The notes under the pieces are model-generated. The model ran no database searches. It was not told the DNA's origin and worked only from the letters and a program-made list of their open reading frames with translations. From contig RHPI01003009.1 of assembly GCA_009103225.1 (NCBI GenBank), positions 296,234 to 360,233 on the forward strand: a stretch of 64,000 bases of DNA, written 5' to 3'. This DNA is from Chlorokybus atmophyticus. Its lineage: Eukaryota > Plantae > Mesostigma and Chlorokybus algae. The translations under genes were made by a program, and so were the position numbers. Shown piece after piece: positions 13,001-27,032 of this stretch (position 1 is its first letter; every line of letters starts with the position of its first letter).

Positions 13001-13556
13001 GGCCGAGGGCTCCAGCCTCCGCCTCCCCGCCGACGGCTACCTCTCCCTCGACCGTCGCATGGCGGGTCGCCTCGCCGACGTGCGCTCGCGCATGCCGCCC
13101 TCCCCGCCCGTGCAAGCGCTGCTGCGTGTGATGCAAACCTTCCAGGCCGAGGCGGCCGCGAGCTTCCCGTGGGGCGGGCGCGGCGCCGTGGCACTGCAGA
13201 CACGCCTCCTCGAGGCTGTGGTAGTTGTGCTCGCGGGTGATGCCGCCTTTTGGGTCAAGCTGCAGAGCGGGAAACTTGGGATAATCGGTCTCCAGCAGTT
13301 GTATGTGGACTTGCACTTTGTGCTGGAGATGGCCACAGCGGGGGGGTACCATTCCCGCGGACTGCGCAAGGTTGTGCTGGACAGCCTCCAGAAGGCTATC
13401 GAGCTATGCGCCGTGGGAGCCGACGCATTGCGAGACTTTCATAAAGACCTGCAGGAGGCATGGTTCAGACAGAACGCCGCACTATGCCTTCATGAGCTCT
13501 CACGCGCCAACTCACTACTACTATCCGGCACCAGCGCTGGCAGGACACCCGCTTGA
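10010..13556 (+). CDS. EXO84: Exocyst complex component EXO84 (Vps51/Exo84 family), multi-exon
   Basis: KVRMLCEELQSMKQKVAADMRTTVYTNYSHYIR-TSKEMSDLEAEVLSLRGLLS matches the plant Exo84 N-terminal coiled coil. Also LDAIDVLLAERRVDAVIDALEEG and C-terminal GIIGLQQLYVDLHFVLE. Exon 1 is 10010-10285; stop TGA at 13554-13556. Confidence 0.92.
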
Positions 13557-16500
13557 CAATGAGCGAGGAAGCTGGCTGCATGCGCTGGTTTGAGTCATTC
13601 TCAGTTAATGCACCCGCAGGGAATGTATCATGCTATGCGCACAAGTCACGCCTGGCGCTCAAGGTGGTGCGGGCGGTCTAATCAACATCAATGCGCAGTG
13701 CGTGGGGCTGAGGGGCCGATTTGGTGAATGTGTTTTGTGGCTGCCAGCACATATGTGGCATACAATCTTTGTGCACCACGCATGCTCGCATCACAGCATA
13801 CCACCTTTTGTACACACGTGTGCGTCCAGCCGACCTCAAGGACTCGCTGTAAACTTCATTCAATTGTTCTTGGTTTTCAAATTGTGTAGCTTCCACAACA
13901 ATGCAGAATTCCGTTTAACAGTTATTGCACAACATGCTCATCTTCCCAATCAACTGTTTCCCTTTGCATCTTTTAGCAGAGCGCCACTGTTTTCTTGTCA
14001 GCTATAAGCATGATGAACGCACACAAGTTTGCACCTGTATTGTTGTACCCCTGAACCACCATTACTTATTCATAAAGCCGCGCAACACCCTTGTATGCAG
14101 CGAATACCATAAAGACGCGCTTCATGTTGTAATAGAAAGCCGAAGCAGCTATGACGATGTTCAATCACACAAATATAACAAATGGGGAAGAATTCGCTTG
14201 TTTTAGTGTGTAGTCGAATGTATCACATCCAACTGTATAATCATGATTATATACTTGCACACATTGTTTTACAAGTCTTCCCGATCTTTGATGACCTTGG
14301 ATGTGTGCAGTTAGAAAGTTGTGTGCTACTTGCAATTTGATACATAATGATCAGCACCGCGCTTGCGCACGAGCGCAGTATTAAAGGCTTGCGCACATAA
14401 TTGAGTACTGCAAAGCGTTTTACTCTGCAACGTAAACATGTTATTTTCGCATGGTATCTAAGTTGCATTCATAAAAACATGTACGAGACATACGAGTTTC
14501 ATTGTGCCTTTATTGCAAATTTAATACTGGATGGCACTCATGATGTGCACGTGTCAATTAATAATGAAAAAGCTTATCCGATAATGTAGCACATATTAAA
14601 ACTGCAATTTAATCAATGACCATGATAGTTGCAACGCGACATCATGTCACTAAGTAGTACTTCGTAGCATGTGTGCGGGTGTGTCTTGAATATGCAGGCA
14701 TCAAGATATATAAGCACTCATATGCATTACAACAGATATTATCATCGGACTACATGCATATCGTCAACCATTATTTTTATGTGCTTATGCGAATGCTATT
14801 GATTGTAAGTGCTGGCCCCTGAGTACTACCCCATGCTGTTAGCATGACGCAACCTATTCGGATAAAAACAAAGACTCCCTGCCCTCTGCCTAAGCGAAGC
14901 GAGATTTGTACACATAAATGTACACAACATATGCAAATGATTATGCGTATTGATGTAAATTTGCAATATTATATTAATTAGGTTGTATTTACTGATTTAT
15001 AACTACTATATTGTACTTTACTTTGCACTTGCAATGCTGCAATCTACTTGGTGTTTTTGGTCAAAACGCGTGCGCATATGAATTGTGCAAAAGAATTAGG
15101 TAAAAGAATTGCGGGATTGTTTGCAATAAACTTAATTGTGACATGTACAATTTCCACAGGAGGAGTTATACAAGGTCTTACTTACCAGCATGCAACATGG
15201 TCGTGCCATACCAATGTCATGCTGAAGGGCATAACTTAAATTAAAATTTTCGTTTAAGTGTTAAGTTATAAGCATGGATGCGTGTATATATGTGTGCGTA
15301 TTTTTGTAACATTGTGTCACGTATTTAACGGCTGAATTGCACTTTTTAAATAAGCATGTTTGTATGTGTCATCTGCTGTTTGTGTCACATGTTTGCTTGA
15401 TGTGTTAAGTGGTAATGCAAGCATTCTTGCGTACGTAAACGTTGTCACGAATGTGTTACAATTAATATCAGACGACCACAATTTGGGACTTGCCTGCTTC
15501 ACTACTTACTTGCACACACGTATGCTTAGCCTGTCTAATGGAGCTGGCTAGCTGTGTGTTGCTTGTTGTGGTGTGATGATTGCCTTCATTGTTGTTGCCT
15601 TGCTGCTTATTTACACTATTGCTTGTGGCGCCTGTGCTATATACACCCTATGCATTGTCAGCAACGCTTACCATTTACAGGGAACTCCTTGTACACACTA
15701 CCCATTGAGGTGAGTTCGGAGGCACACCAATTTTGCAAGATCTGGCGCATCGTTGAACCGCCAGCGGATAATACTAATGTCAACACGACAGAGAGATCAA
15801 CCTGACAACCGATAGTTTAGGTCATACGCTGCCAAGCGGGGCACAAGATGCCATTCAAGCCGGCGGAATTGTTCCGCCACCAGTGGCCACTTCCGTTGAA
15901 CACAGAACCGGTACATGTACTACCGGTCTATTATTGACCTGTGTGTCATTAACACACAGTTGTAAGACTTACACCTTGTAAGTCATGAAACGACGTGAAA
16001 TAGGAAGCGGTTGTTCTCAACACCAAGATTCAACTGCCCTTCACCAAAAATCACAATCACATTGGGTATGACTCATACCGTATGAGGGGTTGGCGCCGCC
16101 TTGCAGGTCTGCCTCACACAACCAGCTGTGTACCTTCCCATGCTTGCGAGTGAGTGTCCGCCCGTGGTGTTGTCCGTGTTATGCCCTGCAAGTCGGACAG
16201 TGTGGTAGGCTGCCACTCGTCGATGTTGACTCATCGTCCCTGGTTCAGGAAGGTTGTGCAATGCAGTAGGCAAGCTACGGTCTACAGCACAGCGTAGCCT
16301 TCGTCACGGCACCTGAGTCAGTCGTCAACTGTGCCGCGGGCGGTTTCACCGTGGCGTTTGAAGACAACCTGTGCCTGTCACGACTATCCAGCGGCGTTTT
16401 AACGTGAGATAAGCCACCATGAGAGATGCTCTTTTGGATGCTCGTTCCCTTCCGTTCATTGGTCGAGGTTGACTGTTTGATGCCAGACACCCGTCCGTGT

Positions 16501-17581
16501 CGCCATAGCACGGCCGCCTGCAACGTTGTACCGGCCGCGCACCGCCCCCGCCGTTTGAAGCAAAGGAATCTTTCGTCAGGTCGTCAAAGATGCTTAGTTA
16601 CCTACCAAGCCTGCCCTTCGCGGTTTCCACAGTTTCTGCGGTTTTCCGTGGCGAATATGCCTGCATGTCGACGAAAACCCCTCAAAACCATCCGTTCAAG
16701 GGGAGGCCTCGAAGGTTTTAACCTGTGCCCGCCGACGGTTCACAGAGAGGAGTATCGTGCAGTAGAAAAGGCATCCCCTCCTCGGCGGCCGTGAGCTTTG
16801 CGGCCGCGGTGTTGCGGGGGCCGTCGTTGGGCGGGGGAGGACGAGAGCAGGAGGGCGCGGAGCGCATCGAGGGCAGGTTCGGAGAAGATTTGGCGGCGCT
16901 GCGCAGCGGAGTCCAAGCCAGAGCGAGCAGAGGAGCAAGCAGCTGAGGCGAGCGAGGTGAGAAACATCTAGCCAGTTGAGGGGGGTGGGGGGGTGGGGTG
17001 TGTGTGTGTGTGCGCGTGTGGGAAGTGTGCTCGTGAAGGGCAATTCTCTCGACGCGTCGTTGTCGTTGTTTGCTAGGACGGGCGTGCCATGCTTGCGAGT
17101 GCGAGTGTGTCCTCTTGCTTGTCGCGTCGCTGTCAGCCCAGCAGCGCTTCTCGTGCAAACGTCCAGAGAGCTGTTGGTTGTTCCAATAGCTGGCAAGTTG
17201 TTTCAGCGAGTAGTAGTAGCACGAGTGTTTCTTCTGTTGTTGAGCTCGCTAGCGGTTGCTTCGGTCTGCTGTGCTTTGGGAGTCACACTGCCGCGGTCAG
17301 TTCGCTCACAGCGTGGTTGTCTTCGTGCAGCCTGCGTAGGCGCACAGGGTTGACGTTGGCGAGGCCACACGTGGCGTAGACCAACGGTCTGTTGCGATGC
17401 CTACTTGGAAGACGCGAGCAGGGGAGTTCCAAGTGTCCGCCCATACGCCTTTCGGGGAAGATCTCGTTGAGATCCCTCAAGGGTACGTGCACTCCCACTC
17501 CATGCCAATGTCTCACTTGCACACGCACACACGTCGTTGTTGCTGATCAGCCACTTGTCAATCCGCAGGCAGGATGAAGTT

Positions 17582-18385
17582 ATGCTGCTGGGCGAGCCCG
17601 GGGTGGCTTTTGTGTTGAAGGTGCAGACGCCGTGGTCGTGTAAGACCAGGCGGCTGCTCATCACCACACAGATGGCAGGCCAGGACGCCGGCTACACCGC
17701 CCGCGTGCAGCGCGGCCTCTCCGCAATCCTGCCCGGCATGCAGCTGCGCGACCACTACTCCTCCTTCCTCGTGCCCTTCACCTTCGAGCAGAGCGCCGCA
17801 TGCAACAACAGCAAGCACGATGACGTGGTGGACCTCGACCACCTCGGCGTGGAGGTCACCGACATCCACAAGAGCAGCAAGAGCCACTTGCGCAACCTCT
17901 CTAGCGGGAGCGACACCGACACCGACAGCGAGATCGACGCCGAGGACGCCGCTCAACCCCACACGTACAGGCACCCTTCCACCAGCGGCGTGACCAAGTG
18001 CGCCCCGTGGCCGATATCCACCTGCTCCTCCTCTTCCTCCACCTCGTCCATGGCCTCCTCCGACTGCGTGGTGGTGCGCATATGCGAGGAGGCCGTCGTG
18101 CTTTGCGAGGGCAAGTGTTGCTTCTATTGCGAGGCGCCCGCCCCGCTCGATGGAGACGCGTCCTCGGGCTCTCATTACACGCTCGGCAATGAGGTGGCGA
18201 GCTGCCGACTGCGGATGGTCAGCGTGGATGCCATGCCGGACAACGCCTTGTTGTCGGTCATGACCAGCAAGTACGAGCGGGACGCCTCACGCACTCCTCA
18301 CGACTCTAACAACAACAGCAAGAGGTCGTTCTGGTCCAAGTGCAAGAACCGCCTTCGGCCCACGCGCGTCTCTGTGGTCGTGTAG
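17582..18385 (+). CDS. Hypothetical protein (~267 aa), single coding exon, no family recognised
   Basis: Long ORF with strongly GC3-biased codons like neighbouring real exons. Splice acceptor ...TCCGCAG at 17568 just before ATG 17582, and a GC-rich 5' UTR-like exon ending at a GTGAG donor near 16957. Confidence 0.7.
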   Translation: MLLGEPGVAFVLKVQTPWSCKTRRLLITTQMAGQDAGYTARVQRGLSAILPGMQLRDHYSSFLVPFTFEQSAACNNSKHDDVVDLDHLGVEVTDIHKSSKSHLRNLSSGSDTDTDSEIDAEDAAQPHTYRHPSTSGVTKCAPWPISTCSSSSSTSSMASSDCVVVRICEEAVVLCEGKCCFYCEAPAPLDGDASSGSHYTLGNEVASCRLRMVSVDAMPDNALLSVMTSKYERDASRTPHDSNNNSKRSFWSKCKNRLRPTRVSVVV

Positions 18386-18609
18386 TTGGGCTTCCGCGCC
18401 TGCTCACCACACCCTCTTTTTGCTTTTCGCCTTTGTAGCATACGTATTGTTCCTCAGCCCCGTGTACAGTCTTCTTGGTTTGTTTTTGGCTTGAGCTTGA
18501 GAGGTAGCGCGGCCGCCTGCCTCAGCAGTTGACATTGGTTGGGTTGTGCCTCCAACATGTAAGCGTATTCTATTCAACCGCGTATGGAAGTGTTTGCTAG
18601 TACTTGTGT

Positions 18610-21600
18610 GCATATTTGTGCGGTTCATGTAGGCAGGGTCGCTGCACGCTGACGTTGTGCCGCATGCCAACCGGTCTGTGCCAAATGCATGTGCCCAACA
18701 CGGATGTGATTGCCTGGTCAATGCTGTGGCAGTTGCACATCTGTCTGTTGCCGCTTGCGACCTTGTCACAGCCACAGTCACTTGTCCACAGAGGCTCTGG
18801 CTTACCAATGTGAGAAAGGGGTGCAGTCGGGTGTAGTCTACAGCTGATGCAAAACACTAGCTATGTGCGGAGCAGTGGAATGAGGAACCGCGAGTTCGAC
18901 TCAAGCGTGCAACTCTGTGGCTTGGGTTTGCTTGTGCAGGCCAACGCCAGTGCGTCCTACAATGCATGTGTTGCATGTAGTAGCTTCGTATCGACTGACT
19001 GCTGCAATTACTGTGTCGCTCCAGCCTCGTCCGCTCCATCCGGTGTGTATGGGAATGTTATGGTTGCTGTCACATAGGTGCTGCCAATGCGTGCACACGT
19101 GTGCGCATGCCGCACACATGCAACACAGCACCACGCACACGTGTATAGGTACACATCGGGATCATACCATGCACACACCACACAGACAACTCATGGCAGC
19201 GCGGGCATGCATGCATGCATGCACCACGGTGTGGTATGTCGGTTACGAGCATGCACTGCCCGCGCATGCTCCTTATCGACACACAGTTCATGCCAGCAGC
19301 TTGATTCTCATGTCAACTACCGACTGCAGCAAGGGGCCAGCCTTCTGTGACGGTGGTCCTGCATGTTGCTCCACCCTTCTCTGCTGCCACTGAGGCACAA
19401 CGCTGGTACACAGGTATGCTGGACGACTGGCTGCATGGTTGGGTTTGCATTGTCACAGCGTATGCTCTTCGTGATGAAGGAAAACCTGGTAGGGGAGGCA
19501 AGCATGAGCAGCAGACTTCGCACTTTCTTTGCTGCATTGCAGGCGCGGTGATCTCATGCTCTGGCCTTGCTGCCGGCCTGCTAGTTCCTGCACGCTCATG
19601 CTATGATGGAGAGACACTCTCTTTGCCTTCTCAGCTGAGAACTACTTGTCGTTTTCCCTCCATCGGTTACTCATGTGTTGCGAGCTGGCGTGCACACTTC
19701 TGTTGTTTCCTAAACCACGATGTGGTGATGTGATGTATACTCTATACATGAGTAGACACTGCATGTGACCAGCTGCTACCGGAAGGGGCTTCTCCCTGGG
19801 CCTGTTGGCTTCCAGCATATCCACCGCCTGCCAGCACCGGCTCGCTTTTCCATTGCCCGGGGAAGCGTATCTCTTCTGGCTTGCTCGTTCCAACACATCC
19901 ACGCGTACCTGCACTTGCATGCGATCAGGCAGGCAGGACATGGCATCGCAGTTGAGAGACACACACGTAGCGGCTGTGCTGACCTCTTCAGCTGTGGCAA
20001 CATGTTGGCATGATGCTCATCCTCCTCCCCCTTCCCACCCCCCCCGCACAGTCAGCGCAGGTGCTCATGATCACCTACCTGAACTACCTCATCATCCCCT
20101 CGAGAGTCTCGCCCACCACCGCTGCGCGCTCTCTCCTCTTCTGGCTTGATACGCTTTGCGTGCTAGTGCCTCAGGCCAGTGGAGGGCCCTTGAGACACAC
20201 TTCCTTGCGCCTCGCTTGCTCTTGCTCTTGCCTTCTGCTGCCTTTGCCAACTGCCTACCCCAATGAAAATCAGGCAGACACACACCGCGCTCTGCACAAC
20301 TGTGCTCAGCAGCCCTACCTAGCACCCCTCTCGGGAGTCGTAGGGTGTCTGCTTTGTGGGTTGTTCACGCTTGGTTGCGTGCGGTGTCTTTGCTTCGCTT
20401 CACATATCACATATCTGATGTTAAATCTGTGCTGGCTCCGAACCCACCCGGCTTTGCACAACTGCCGCTGTTGCAGTGCCATCGCTTGACAGAACTTCAG
20501 CAGAAGCATGCGTGTTCGGGGTGTGCTGTAACTGTTCATCATTGTGCTCTCTTGGCTACCAGTCGCACCACTGCTTTTGCCTATGCCACGTGTGCTGGCT
20601 CGGTAGCTCTGTTCCGGCAGCAGGTTGGTTTCGCTTGCCGGCTGCGGCTGTGGCTGCTGCCTCCGCCTGCTCGTGTGTTGCCTGCGTGCTTCTCATGTTT
20701 TTCCAACTGGTTGTGAGATCATCGGGGCTTTTGCTCGTTTCATGTTACGTTTGCACCAAACCCTTGGTCACCCCTGGTCGTGTCGTGCATGCCAGTGCCT
20801 TGTTGCACACCTACCTAGACCAAAAACCAGTATGGTGTGACGGTAGTCGTAGCTAGATCGGAGTCAGTCGCACCGCGCGCGCTGTGTCTTTCCAATCACT
20901 CACTCACTCGCCGTTGTTTGTGTGTTGGCCCAACACAAGGCAGCACGCGCAGGTAGAGGAGACATAGAGGACTACGCCAGGGGCCTCTAGCTCGATGCGG
21001 TACATGTGTGTGCTCTACGTACAGTACAAGGAGGCAAGGAGCAGTAGGGAGTAGCGGCTCTCAACTGACCGATCAATCAACTCCACAAAGATCACAGCGT
21101 ACTTCCAACTGAGGGCGCCCTGTGTTGTCTCTGTCTCTGGCCTTGTATGCAATGCAATGCCTGCCCGCAGCCGCCTGCGACTGGTGCACCACTGTTTGTG
21201 TGTGCGTAAGTGTCGTATCTGAGTGCCTACATGCCAGAGAGAATGTACGACAATGAGACCACAGCAGGGTGCATGATCTCAACTTCACCCAACCCCCAAC
21301 CCCAACCCCAAAGTTGCCAAAGTGCATGGTATGCATGCATCAACATGCGCATTCAACAATGGCAGCACAACCTAGCCGGTGCACGTGGGCCCTCGACCTG
21401 GCGTGGTAGACTTCTGTGCCACGTTTTGCTGGTCATGCTGTGAGCATGCGAGTGTTGGGTGAGTCATACATACATACCGTTGCACGAACTGCTGTTTGTT
21501 GCATGGGATGCCAGTTGCGTGCTAGTGTTCCCCTCATGTCTGAGTATAGGGATAGACCACGGCAAGATTGAGTATACACAACCGTACATGTATCTGTTTT

Positions 21601-22159
21601 ATCCTATACTTGGTGTTATACACAGGCCTTGCAGTAGTACTACTAATGCAAGTCAAGCACAAAGACGCACGCGCACACAACCACAGCAGGTAAACACAGA
21701 CAGCAGCAGCAACTTAGTACATGAGAGCCCACGGTACTTGATGCAAATCCAAGTACTTGCATGCACACGTGCAAACAGTGGTGCCAATGCATGAATGGGT
21801 GAGAGGTGACGTTGCTATACGTGCGACACACTATCTGTTGCATGTCTGTGTCTGCTTGCATTACTAGAGCATGTGTGTTTGCATGCTCAATGTCATTGCG
21901 ATGTGTACCCTATGCGTATATGTTGATGAGTCAGTCACTCAATCGGTCAGCCAGCCAGAGTTATGCGCAGTGTCATTTGCAGACGGTGAAGCTTCTGACA
22001 TGGAGGGTATGTTTGACACACCCTCCATCAGCGGGGATGCTGTCGCCCTGGGTGCCTGTGTATTCGGTGCTTAAGTTGCATGCTAGTCGCTGCGAGTGCT
22101 GCGACATGAAACCCCGGAAGGAAGATGCGGGGTATAAACACTGGTGGGCCACAATCTGA
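18610..22159 (+). CDS. Possible multi-exon membrane-protein gene or pseudogene (weak model)
   Basis: A series of AG...GT bounded segments give hydrophobic peptides (e.g. VLMITYLNYLIIPSRVSPTTAARSLLFWLDTLCVLV, PYLAPLSGVVGCLLCGLFTLGCV, WFRLPAAAVAAASACSCVACVLLMFFQL). No start exon or family identified; boundaries are guesses. Confidence 0.25.
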
Positions 22160-22830
22160 GGAGTTGAGGGCCCAGCGCTTCACTGCTGTCCTGCTTAACT
22201 CGCATACTGCCTTGACACTGATTTGTGCTGACCGTTACAGAGGGTAGTGCGGGACTGTGTGCATATGGCTGCTGCACACTGTGCTTGCCAAAGCACCTGC
22301 TTGGATTACTTAGCTCTGCTTGTTGCTCTAGAGAGTCTTAGCAAGTTCTCTGCAAATGCATGTACACCATGTTGTGTGAGTAAACAACGTGTCACTGCTG
22401 CGTGACAGGTACACACTGCGTTCACATCCCTAAGGCGTAGATGCTAGCAAGTGGATGTTCCAGCAAGCGTCCGCGCAGGCTGCAGCGACGGCAGCTGATG
22501 TGGGTGACACTAGTTGTCCTTGTCTGTAGTGTGGGGTTTGTTGATGCAGCACGCACTTCGACGTGCCCCCGTGCATACTGTGGAGTCCAATAACAGCCAG
22601 CTCCATGTTTGCAGCTCTCTATTTGTGGACATTGCTGGCTTGCTACATGCATCATGCACACAATACAACATGGCAGGCAGGCGCAATGAGGAAACAAGTG
22701 CAATCATTTACAGCAATGGTGTCATAGTTCTATGTCAACAGACGCAGGGGCTGCAACAAAGGTAGCTTGTATCAATACAGTGTATATGCTTCAGTTTGCG
22801 CTGGAGCCAAAACTCCTTCTGACTAGTAAT

Positions 22831-24460
22831 CTATGAAAGGTGGCTCCACTCGCTGGGGAAAGAGAGAGGTGGGATCCTTCCGAAGTTGGTCTGTGCACAC
22901 AGCAAAGCAATCAGCACACTCCAACATCCCTGCAACATACACTGCACGACTGTGCCGCCCGCATGCGCAGCTGTGGCAGTATCGTACCAGGATGTTGTTG
23001 TTGAAGGGGTCGGACAAATGGTCGAGCAAGTTCTCAACGGGGCCCTTGCCAGTGACCATAGCCTGCACGGCGAAACCCAGGAAGGCGATCATAGCCAGAC
23101 GGCCATTCTTGATCTCCTTGGTCTTGTTGACCTGCACCACACAGAGTTCATGTAAGCTAGCGGAGCACGAGGCATCCCACGGACGCCGTCACTGAAAAGA
23201 GCTTCCTACCTGGTCGGCGGGGTAGTTGAGAGGGTTGAAGAAGGGGCCGCCGGGGTAGGGGGCATCGCCGGTGCCCTTGAAGGCGCCCTCCAGGCCCAGG
23301 AAGTACTGGGTAGCCTGGGAGCCGGGCTTCTGGTAGTCAGCCCAGCGCTTGACCTCAACGAAGTTGAAGAGGATGATCATGACCCAGAACAGGGTGTAGG
23401 AGTCGGCCCAATACGGGTAGCTGCCCTGGGGAGGGACGGCGCCAGCCTTGAACCACACCAGCCTGGTGGACTCGGGGATGATGCCGAGCTTGCCGAACAC
23501 CTCGGGGGCGAGGATACCGGCAACACCGAGCATGGCGAAGCGACCGTTGATGATCTCACCATACCTGATTCACATCAACAGTATCAACACACAAATTCCA
23601 GTGCATTGTACGTGCCCGCTTCCTGTCAGACCCATGCCTGACCTCAGCCAAGCGGGGTCAACGAAGCCACCAGCGCCCTCGGGGTCGCTGAGGCCAAGAG
23701 GATCGAAACCGAAGTCACCGGGAAGGCTGCGGACAAATTGAGTCAGTTCGAATGTTCTGAACCACTGCCTGCAGCAGATCACATGAGGCTTTCTCGTAGG
23801 ACGTACCTGCCATCCAGGTAGGCGAGGGACTGTGGGGAGGCGAACCACAGAGTGTCCTTGGAGCGGTCCCTCTGCAGACACCAGCTGGGGATGAGAACAA
23901 AGTCCTCATAACGGGGGACAATAGCATAAGTTCAACTTCAACTGAACAATGCATAGAGTGGTCTAGTAAAGCGGACGGTGAGGTGCAGATAGGTTGGATG
24001 TGAAGCGGTTGACCACCCTTGCGAACGGAGCATAGGACGTAGCACGTGGCACAATGCAGCACAACACTACGTTGGCATGCGCCGATCGCATGCTTTGTAG
24101 GCAATGTGATCAGGTGATGGCCACCAACGACTACAGCTACTGTGTCCAGCGCGCTACCGCTCACACAGCAAGCCCCAAGTAATGTCGTTCAATCAGACAC
24201 AACATGCGGCAATGAGCTGCACGTGCTTCCAACTTGTAAGGGTAAGTTAAGAAATCACCGGCATGCACACGAAAGCCCACCAAAGCCATGCCTGTGAACG
24301 GTCCTACCTTGGCGGGAGGGGCGGCGTCAGCGCGCACCGAGAGGCGGGCGGGCGCAAGCTGCACTGGCGCAACGCGTGCGCGGGGAGCCACGGGGGATCC
24401 GGCCAGGAACCCCGGGCGCACGGTGACGCGGGCCATGGTGGTGGACGCAGCGGCGGCCAT
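22831..24460 (-). CDS. LHCA3: Photosystem I light-harvesting chlorophyll a/b protein Lhca3, multi-exon, with plastid transit peptide
   Basis: [82 protein letters not shown] and [10 protein letters not shown]...[13 protein letters not shown] are Lhca3-diagnostic. ATG 24460; exon 1 ends 24308; stop TAG at 22831-22833. Confidence 0.95.
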
Positions 24461-27032
24461 TGTTGCTCCTGCAGTTCCCCGCTCCTGACCCCGACAACAA
24501 CAAGTTCCTCACCGCCCACACGCACTGCACCCTCTCAACCCCTCTCCACTTTGCGCACAAGTCTAAGGCGCTATCCGTTCTACGGAAACCGCCTGCGGGA
24601 CGGCAGGAAGGTTCCCCTGCAGCCGCAACCTGCCCGGCACTGCACTAGGTAAACCGCCTGCCTTTAACGCCTGCATGCAAGTGAAAATGAACTGCATGCG
24701 GCGGATAATCGAGCTGAGCCGTCAACTCGCCGCTAGCCGGACGCGCCGGTCGAGCTGACCGGCGCAGCTCAAGGGGTGAGCTTGCTTGTCGGTCAGTAGG
24801 TCAGGGGCAAAGTAAGCATTGCGTTGAATAACCTGTTGTTGTCTCGGCCTTAAGACCGGTGCAAAACAGCGAGGTGGTGTCAGAGGGAGGGGTCTGGGGC
24901 GGGCCCAATCAGAGTTCGCGCAGAGATCGAGCGGATGCCGCCGAGAGCCATTGGCCCGCCCTTCGGTTGTGGAAAACGGCAACGGCAAACGGCGACAACA
25001 GTGCCGCTGGTGGTCAATCTCATGGAGCTGAGGGCACCACGCCTTGTCATACCGGTAGGTTATGGCTCATTATTTCGGAGGCCTACTGGCACAGAATCTG
25101 AGTTGAAGCTTGACTTCAAGTCATTGTCGTATCAAGGCTTATACTATTCATAAAGGTTTATCAACGGCAATGCGTCGTGGGTCGTTTGTGGCACGCAATT
25201 TGCGATGTGAGTTATCATATATGTAGACGAACGCATTATACTCAGACCTCGTTCTCAGCACAGCATGGGAGCCAAGCAAAGATGTGCTTGCACTGAGGTG
25301 TGCTTCTTTCGATCTATGCACGTTGTGCATACCGAGCATAAACCTCTCAATATGCACAGTTGCAAATCATTGCATTTAACTATACGCTGTGGATGTTGAA
25401 TATATCTTGGATGTATTAATAAAAGTTGGATAGTTATGCAGTGGTGGACCATTTAGCTGTGCTTAGATACTTTGTGCGTGTGCTTGTTTGTGCTGCATCA
25501 GGTGAAGTATGGCGGGAGGGAGATGTCTTCCCAAGCAAAGTGTGCATACATAGAGGGTGTGCATACATGGAGGTTGGACTGCATTACTCATTGTTTGATA
25601 TGAATGGCCATAAAAAAGACTACCGTTGGTATCAGTAGTAATGGTCATCACCTTGTGCCACAATTTACTAAACAGCGATGATGATGCAAATATTTCATGT
25701 TGCCTTATGTTAATCTGGATCTGACAATTACACCTTTGCCTTAGCCCCGATCTAATCTGTCATTTGCTCTATCTCTTGCTTGTGTGTGCATTTGCGCATA
25801 TCTACACTTTCGGCCCGTTTAAGATTGAGCTTGGCACAAGTTTAAAAGCTTTTATGCAAGTTGTGTATATGCGTATATGTATTCTTTATAAAATGCAACA
25901 TTTTTATTGGTTGTTAAATCGCAGCACTTCGACACATCAGTACTCGATCCACTCAATACAGACGTTTCATGTTTTCTCTCTCTCATATATTTGAAATTGT
26001 ATGTGAGACACATATCAAGTACATATATATGTGCATGGATTAAGCGCGCGCATTACATGCATGTATAGCATGCTTACTCCGACATGTCGTTAACATTTTG
26101 CTACACTTACTTGTCATTCAGATGGCTCATAAGTTATGGGCAATTAAAATTCAACCCACTTGTACGTGCATACAATATATTATCCTTATTACCTTTTCTA
26201 GCAGAAGAGCCTCGGCGAACGAGAGCAAACGCATGCATGTTTTTGATGGTGCATTGCGCATTCTGTGCATGCATACACTGTCAGTGTACACATAATATGA
26301 ACATACACAAGGCGTGCATATATATAATATAATATACTATCGTATTGATTATTGTGGCATATCGCAAAAAAGAAAATCAATATGCAACGATTATGACTGC
26401 GAGTGCGGTGTCAACAAGTGCAAATATGTGCAGTGATGAAGCTATAGTCAATTCTGAGCATATTATATAACCTGAGTTACAATCATACCTTAATTATGCT
26501 TAACTTAATGGGACATATTAGGTTCATCCGATTGCAAACTTTATCTGAAAACAATGGCATACTACACTTAAGGTAGTATTGTGATGTCACGCTATGATAT
26601 TTTGATGATGTGAGTGACTGGCTTGGCTAGCCAGCGGCCAATCACCAAGGTGACGAATCTCACCATTGCTTGAGTAAGTAGCAGCCTCGGTCGGCAACAC
26701 ATTACGAAGTGGCGAGACAAACAGTACTGCATGCTAATGCGCTATATAAACATTTTGTGGATCATCAAGCATAGACAAGGCAACAATTCCATGCAGAGAC
26801 GCAAAAGCCAATTGACACGACTGTGTCACACTCTTTAGCACCAGTAGTTGTGCATCATGTTGAGTGGCTTAAGACAAGTAAGTGAAAAGCGCTCATGTAC
26901 CAGCTGCTTGCATGAGCATTGTTACACCAAAATGGCAACTTTTGCTGGTTTTGATCAGAATGCACACAGCAAAATGATTGTGTGCTCTTTGATTTTGTTA
27001 ACTAAGATCAACGTCCTACGAATGCATGCACA

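Noticed and set aside
15681-15715. Isolated exon-like segment (TTTACAG|...GAG|GTGAGT)
   Set aside because: Could not be linked to any other exon or recognisable protein.
18869-18902. tRNA-like A-box/B-box words (GGAGCAGTGG ... GAGTTCGACTC)
   Set aside because: The boxes are too close together, and no acceptor, anticodon or proper T-stem can be formed.
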